DNA of 64,000 bases from contig WGBD01000001.1 of assembly GCA_015494465.1 (NCBI GenBank), positions 25,030 through 89,029 on the forward strand, written 5' to 3'. Origin of the DNA: Candidatus Omnitrophota bacterium (GTDB lineage: Bacteria; Omnitrophota; Gorgyraeia; S143-82). Below, piece by piece: positions 60,196 through 64,000 of this stretch. The position numbers and the translations under genes are program-made. The notes beneath the pieces are model-generated. The model worked only from the letters and a program-made list of their open reading frames with translations. It was not told the origin of the DNA and did not search any database. The first letter of the stretch is position 1. The number at the start of each line of letters is the position of its first letter.

Positions 60196-61476
60196 TCACT
60201 GCCTTATCTGTCCCTCGCCGAACACCACATACTTGTAGGTGGTCAACTCCTCGACCCCCATCGGCCCCCTGGCGTGGAGCCTGTCGGTGCTGATGCCTAT
60301 CTCCGCCCCAAGCCCAAACACTCCCCCGTCGGTAAATCTCGTAGAGGCGTTCACATAGACCGCAGCAGAATCCACCTCCCTCACGAACCGCAGACCTGAC
60401 TCGTAGTCGGAGGTGATAATCCCGTCGGAATGGTGGGAACCGTGCTCGTTTATCCAGTCTATCGCCTCGTCCAACGACGAGACTACCTTTATCGCGATTA
60501 TCAGGTCCAGATACTCCTCGTACCAATCCTCCTCCGAAGCGGGTTTGCAGTCTATTATCTGGCGCGTCCTTTCACATCCCCTTACCTCCACTCCGTGTTT
60601 CTTGTAGACCTCCGCCATCTTGGGAAGGAATGTCGGGGCAACATCCTCGTGGACCAGTATCTTCTCTATAGCGTTACACACCCCTGGGCGCTGGACCTTG
60701 GCGTTCTCGCATATCCTCACCGCCATCTCCACATCCGCACTCCTGTCCACATACTCGTGACAGACCCCTTTATAGTGCTTTATCACCGGGATAAGGGAAT
60801 TCTCGGTAACGAACCTTATCAGTCCCTCTCCTCCTCTGGGGATGATCAGGTCTATCAATCCCACCTGCTTGAGCATCTCCCCCACCGCAGACCTATCGGT
60901 CGTCTCAATAAGAGCTATGCAATCCGGATCTATGTCCACCTCTTTGAAAGCGGACTTCAGGGCGGAATATATCGCCATATTGGAATTGATTGCCTCTTTT
61001 CCTCCCCGGAGGATGGCACCGTTGCCCGACTTCACGCAGAGCCCGATGCAGTCGGAGGTGACATTTGGACGGGACTCGTAGATGATACCGATTACCCCTA
61101 TGGGCACCCGTACCTTGTGTATCCAGAGATCATCCTTGTTCCTCCAGGCGGATATCACCTCGCCCACCGGATCCTTGAGGTTTGCGATCTCCTCTAAGGA
61201 GACTGCCATTGCCTCTATCCGCCTCTCGTTCAACAGGAGCCTGTCCTTCATCGCCTGACTCAACCCGTTCTCCTCGGCCCACTGCATATCCTTCCGATTG
61301 GCAGAGATGATCTCCTGCATACGCTCCCGCAGGGCCTTGGCCATTGCCCGTAGTAACCTATCCTTCTCCCGCGAACTTGCCTTACCTATAGAGTAGGAGG
61401 CCCGTTTTACCCTCTGGGCCATGTCCCGCACATAACTGACCACATCCGTCTGCATAATCAACCCTCCTCGCTCCAT
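60196..61476 (-). CDS. proA: gamma-glutamyl phosphate reductase
   Basis: 426 aa aldehyde-dehydrogenase-fold protein with ProA-type layout; true start may be the ATG about 61455 just after proB stop. Confidence 0.9.
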   Translation of the reverse strand: MERGGLIMQTDVVSYVRDMAQRVKRASYSIGKASSREKDRLLRAMAKALRERMQEIISANRKDMQWAEENGLSQAMKDRLLLNERRIEAMAVSLEEIANLKDPVGEVISAWRNKDDLWIHKVRVPIGVIGIIYESRPNVTSDCIGLCVKSGNGAILRGGKEAINSNMAIYSALKSAFKEVDIDPDCIALIETTDRSAVGEMLKQVGLIDLIIPRGGEGLIRFVTENSLIPVIKHYKGVCHEYVDRSADVEMAVRICENAKVQRPGVCNAIEKILVHEDVAPTFLPKMAEVYKKHGVEVRGCERTRQIIDCKPASEEDWYEEYLDLIIAIKVVSSLDEAIDWINEHGSHHSDGIITSDYESGLRFVREVDSAAVYVNASTRFTDGGVFGLGAEIGISTDRLHARGPMGVEELTTYKYVVFGEGQIRQ

Positions 61477-62615
61477 ATCACCATATTGTCCCTGTGAATG
61501 GCCTCACGCCCGGCCCTTTTCCCGATAAATCTTACCATCTCCTCAGAGGACATCCCGGCAATCCCCCTGCCGATTTCTTCTCCTCCACAGAAGACCTCCA
61601 CCACATCACCCTTATTAAACTGCCCCACTATCTCCCTCACCCCGGCGGTGAGCAGGCTCTTTCCCCTGCAAGATATCGCCTCTCTGGCCCCTGCATCGAC
61701 GATTATCCTGCCCTTGGGACGGGCGATGTAGGCAATCCACATCCGTCGGGAGTCTATACGCCGACTCGCAGGTAAAAACAGCGTCCCGCGGTGGATCTTC
61801 CTGACCAAAAGGTCAATGAGTATATCCCGGGCGTGCCCGTTGGCAATTATGGTGTAGATGCCCCACTTGCTCGCAATAGAGGCAGCGTCCAACTTCGTGG
61901 CCATACCACCCACGGTGGTCCTGCCCCTGCGCTTACTGGAGACCATGGCCCGAATACCAGCATCTACTCTTTCTACCACCGGAACCACCTTACGAGAGGC
62001 AACATCCGAATACAACCCTTCCACATCCGAGAGTATTATCAGGACCTTGGCATCGCAGGCACCCGCCACCAGCGCAGAGAGCCGATCGTTATCCCCGAAG
62101 GCAATCTCCTCGGTAGAGACGGTGTCGTTCTCGTTCACCACCGGAACGATTCTGCGCTCTATGAGTTCGTTCATCGTGTTCTTGGCGTTGATGTACCTAC
62201 TGCGACTGCGCAGGTCCTCGGCGGTCAACAGTATCTGGGCGCAGGTAAGCCCTCTGGCGTGGAACAGGCGCGCGTACTTCTTCATAAGTTCCACCTGACC
62301 CACCGAGGCGCAGGCCTGGAGCAAAGGGATACTCTTGGGCCGGACATTCAATCCCAAGGCCGACATCCCCCCCGCCACCGCCCCCGAACTCACCAACACC
62401 ACCTGCCAGCCGTGCCGAACCAGAACCGCAACCTGACGCACCAGATTGGACATCCTGCGCACATTCAGGGCAAGCGAATTCTTAGAGGTCAGGAGGCTAC
62501 TGCCTATCTTTATCACACACCTCTTAGGCGCTATCTCCGGCAGATATAAGTGACCGTAGGAAGCGTTCATTCTCTTCTTCTGCTCTGGAAATGAATTCCT
62601 CATCCGCTCCCGCAC
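61458..62615 (-). CDS. proB: glutamate 5-kinase
   Basis: Amino-acid kinase domain (VIKIGSSLLT...) plus C-terminal PUA domain; ORF track start overlaps 3' end of upstream PHP gene, true start probably internal. Confidence 0.9.
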   Translation of the reverse strand: MRERMRNSFPEQKKRMNASYGHLYLPEIAPKRCVIKIGSSLLTSKNSLALNVRRMSNLVRQVAVLVRHGWQVVLVSSGAVAGGMSALGLNVRPKSIPLLQACASVGQVELMKKYARLFHARGLTCAQILLTAEDLRSRSRYINAKNTMNELIERRIVPVVNENDTVSTEEIAFGDNDRLSALVAGACDAKVLIILSDVEGLYSDVASRKVVPVVERVDAGIRAMVSSKRRGRTTVGGMATKLDAASIASKWGIYTIIANGHARDILIDLLVRKIHRGTLFLPASRRIDSRRMWIAYIARPKGRIIVDAGAREAISCRGKSLLTAGVREIVGQFNKGDVVEVFCGGEEIGRGIAGMSSEEMVRFIGKRAGREAIHRDNMVIWSEEG

Positions 62616-63195
62616 CCCTCAAGACCCTCCGCATCACATCGTACGGGAGCATGTCCTTGGGGGCGTGGGCGTCGTTATTCACCACCACGGATGCCCCAAT
62701 CTCCCGGGCCAATCTGAGGACCCAGCCATTGGCGTAGCAGTGCCCGGATCGGGTGGTTATCTCCAGCCTCACACCCTTGATCCTGGCCAACTCCACTTCC
62801 CTCTCCGAGATAAACCCCGGGTGGGCAAGGATGTCACAGCCCGCCTCTATTGCCGACAGATTCGTGCCCTCCGCAACCGGCTCAACCGGACTCTCCCCGT
62901 GGACAACCACCACCCTCGCCCCCAGGGTGCGGGCCAGAGAGATCATCTTGCCTATCTTGGAAGGCGGGACATGGGTCAACTCCACCCCAGGAAGGACCTT
63001 TAAAGGATAGTCCTTGGGCAGATTATCCACGAAGGTAATGAGGGACTCCAACACGAACTCCAGATTGGAGGCATCGCAGTGATCGGTAATAGCGATCACA
63101 TCAAAACCGAGAGACATGTATCGTTGGGCTATCTCCGACGGCACACAACAGCCGTCGCTAAAGACAGAGTGTATGTGCAGATCCGCCTTAAGCAT
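62524..63195 (-). CDS. PHP-domain metal-dependent phosphoesterase
   Basis: 223 aa; LHIHSVFSDG and ITDHCD His-rich motifs of the PHP family. Confidence 0.75.
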   Translation of the reverse strand: MLKADLHIHSVFSDGCCVPSEIAQRYMSLGFDVIAITDHCDASNLEFVLESLITFVDNLPKDYPLKVLPGVELTHVPPSKIGKMISLARTLGARVVVVHGESPVEPVAEGTNLSAIEAGCDILAHPGFISEREVELARIKGVRLEITTRSGHCYANGWVLRLAREIGASVVVNNDAHAPKDMLPYDVMRRVLRGAGADEEFISRAEEENERFLRSLISAGDSA

Positions 63196-63294
63196 ATTAC
63201 CTACCCCGTTTTACTTTATCTATCCTATAATACCACAAGTATGCCCTTTACCAACCAATGGGGCAATCTCTTTTTGCCCCTCTACACCCCAGCC

Positions 63295-64000
63295 CTATGT
63301 TCCCCAGCACACCAACAACGACACGCCTATGCAGTAAAGGCCAAAGAGGAACAGGAGGTGGGCCAAGACTACCCGGCGCAGGAGGGCCAGAGAGACCATG
63401 CCCGACAAGAACGAGACCAATATCCCTGCAGAACTCACCCAACCAAATCCCGCGGGGCTCTTGATGGCGGAGTACAAAAACGCCAAGGCGATGATGGGGA
63501 TTCCCGCAAGAAACGACAACTCAAAGGCGGAAAGGGGAGAGAAACCCAAGAGCAACAGCAGGGTTATGGTAATGCCCGAACGCGAGATCCCCGGGAACAC
63601 CGCTATCGCCTGTACCAGCCCCAGCAATATCGCCTCACCCCACCTTAGATCCCGCGCCTCTCTCCCCCCTAATCGGATTCCACGGGTACCCAGAAGGATA
63701 AAACCCATAGCGGTGAGTATCCCTGCGGTGTACCTCGGCTGGGAGACCAACAACTCCGCCAGAGGATCCAGTCTCAGGGCAACGAGGCCGGAGACTAATG
63801 TAACCAAAATCAACTTCAGGACAAAGACCCTGCCCTCCCTGCCGAACAAACACTCCAAGGCGAGCGTCTTTATCCGAGGATAGAAGTAGACCAACAGGGC
63901 TATCAAGGTCCCAAAGTGCAAAGAAGTCAACAAGAACATCTCCGGCAGGTTTGGCCGTATCCCTGCCACCTCGGTCAGGAACACCAGGTGGGCAGAACTG
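63295..64000 (-). CDS. uppP: undecaprenyl-diphosphatase (UppP/BacA), N-terminus beyond window end
   Basis: Polytopic membrane protein with PGISRSGITI motif; ORF open to the window edge. Confidence 0.8.
   Translation of the reverse strand, partial: SSAHLVFLTEVAGIRPNLPEMFLLTSLHFGTLIALLVYFYPRIKTLALECLFGREGRVFVLKLILVTLVSGLVALRLDPLAELLVSQPRYTAGILTAMGFILLGTRGIRLGGREARDLRWGEAILLGLVQAIAVFPGISRSGITITLLLLLGFSPLSAFELSFLAGIPIIALAFLYSAIKSPAGFGWVSSAGILVSFLSGMVSLALLRRVVLAHLLFLFGLYCIGVSLLVCWGT

Noticed and set aside
63264-63289. Hairpin GGGGCAA-N7-TTGCCCC downstream of uppP as an intrinsic terminator
   Set aside because: The stem is present but no U tract follows on the minus strand, so it may be a weak or factor-dependent terminator or simply part of the PHP gene promoter region; not confident enough to call.
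1-64000. CRISPR arrays, rRNA genes, IS elements or prophage genes
   Set aside because: No regularly spaced direct repeats, no transposase/integrase/recombinase-like ORFs and no rRNA-like sequence found on visual inspection; the only dispersed repeat is the 38-nt element reported above.

Overview
About 64 kb of compact bacterial chromosome (roughly 55% GC, thermophile-like protein composition), with 77 of 80 called genes on the minus strand. The core (5.5-35.5 kb) is one contiguous ribosomal/transcription super-cluster on the minus strand: rplK-rplA-rplJ-rplL, rpoB-rpoC, rpsL-rpsG-fusA-tuf, then the S10, spc and alpha operons (rpsJ to rplQ, including secY, adk, map, infA, rpmJ), preceded by tRNA-Thr, rpmG, tRNA-Trp, secE and nusG. 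No rpmD (L30) is present. Flanking genes are mostly housekeeping: lepA, era, an RlmD-like methyltransferase, comM/yifB overlapping rpoN (sigma-54), an ECF sigma factor with putative anti-sigma, a MiaB-family methylthiotransferase, nitroreductase, nadX, panC, a fused GT4-GT9 glycosyltransferase, murC, two GGDEF cyclases, an orphan MalK-like ABC ATPase, accD, nadD, proBA, a PHP phosphoesterase and uppP. The less ordinary parts are: (i) a five-gene DUF2089/SHOCT/LemA/TPM-PDZ membrane module at 40.6-44.3 kb; (ii) a 38-nt start-codon-containing element present three times at two loci (4.2 kb and 40.4 kb); (iii) a split AddA-like UvrD helicase plus RecB-type nuclease and an unknown partner at the window start; (iv) a Cys4 insertion in EF-Tu. 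No CRISPR array, rRNA or recognisable mobile element was seen. All calls come from reading the sequence and ORF track by eye; hand-derived coordinates (tRNAs, rpmJ, rpmG, hairpins, promoters, repeats) may be off by 1-3 nt, and one spot (rpoB start) disagreed with the ORF track by 1 nt, so the ORF track was taken as authoritative for CDS ends.
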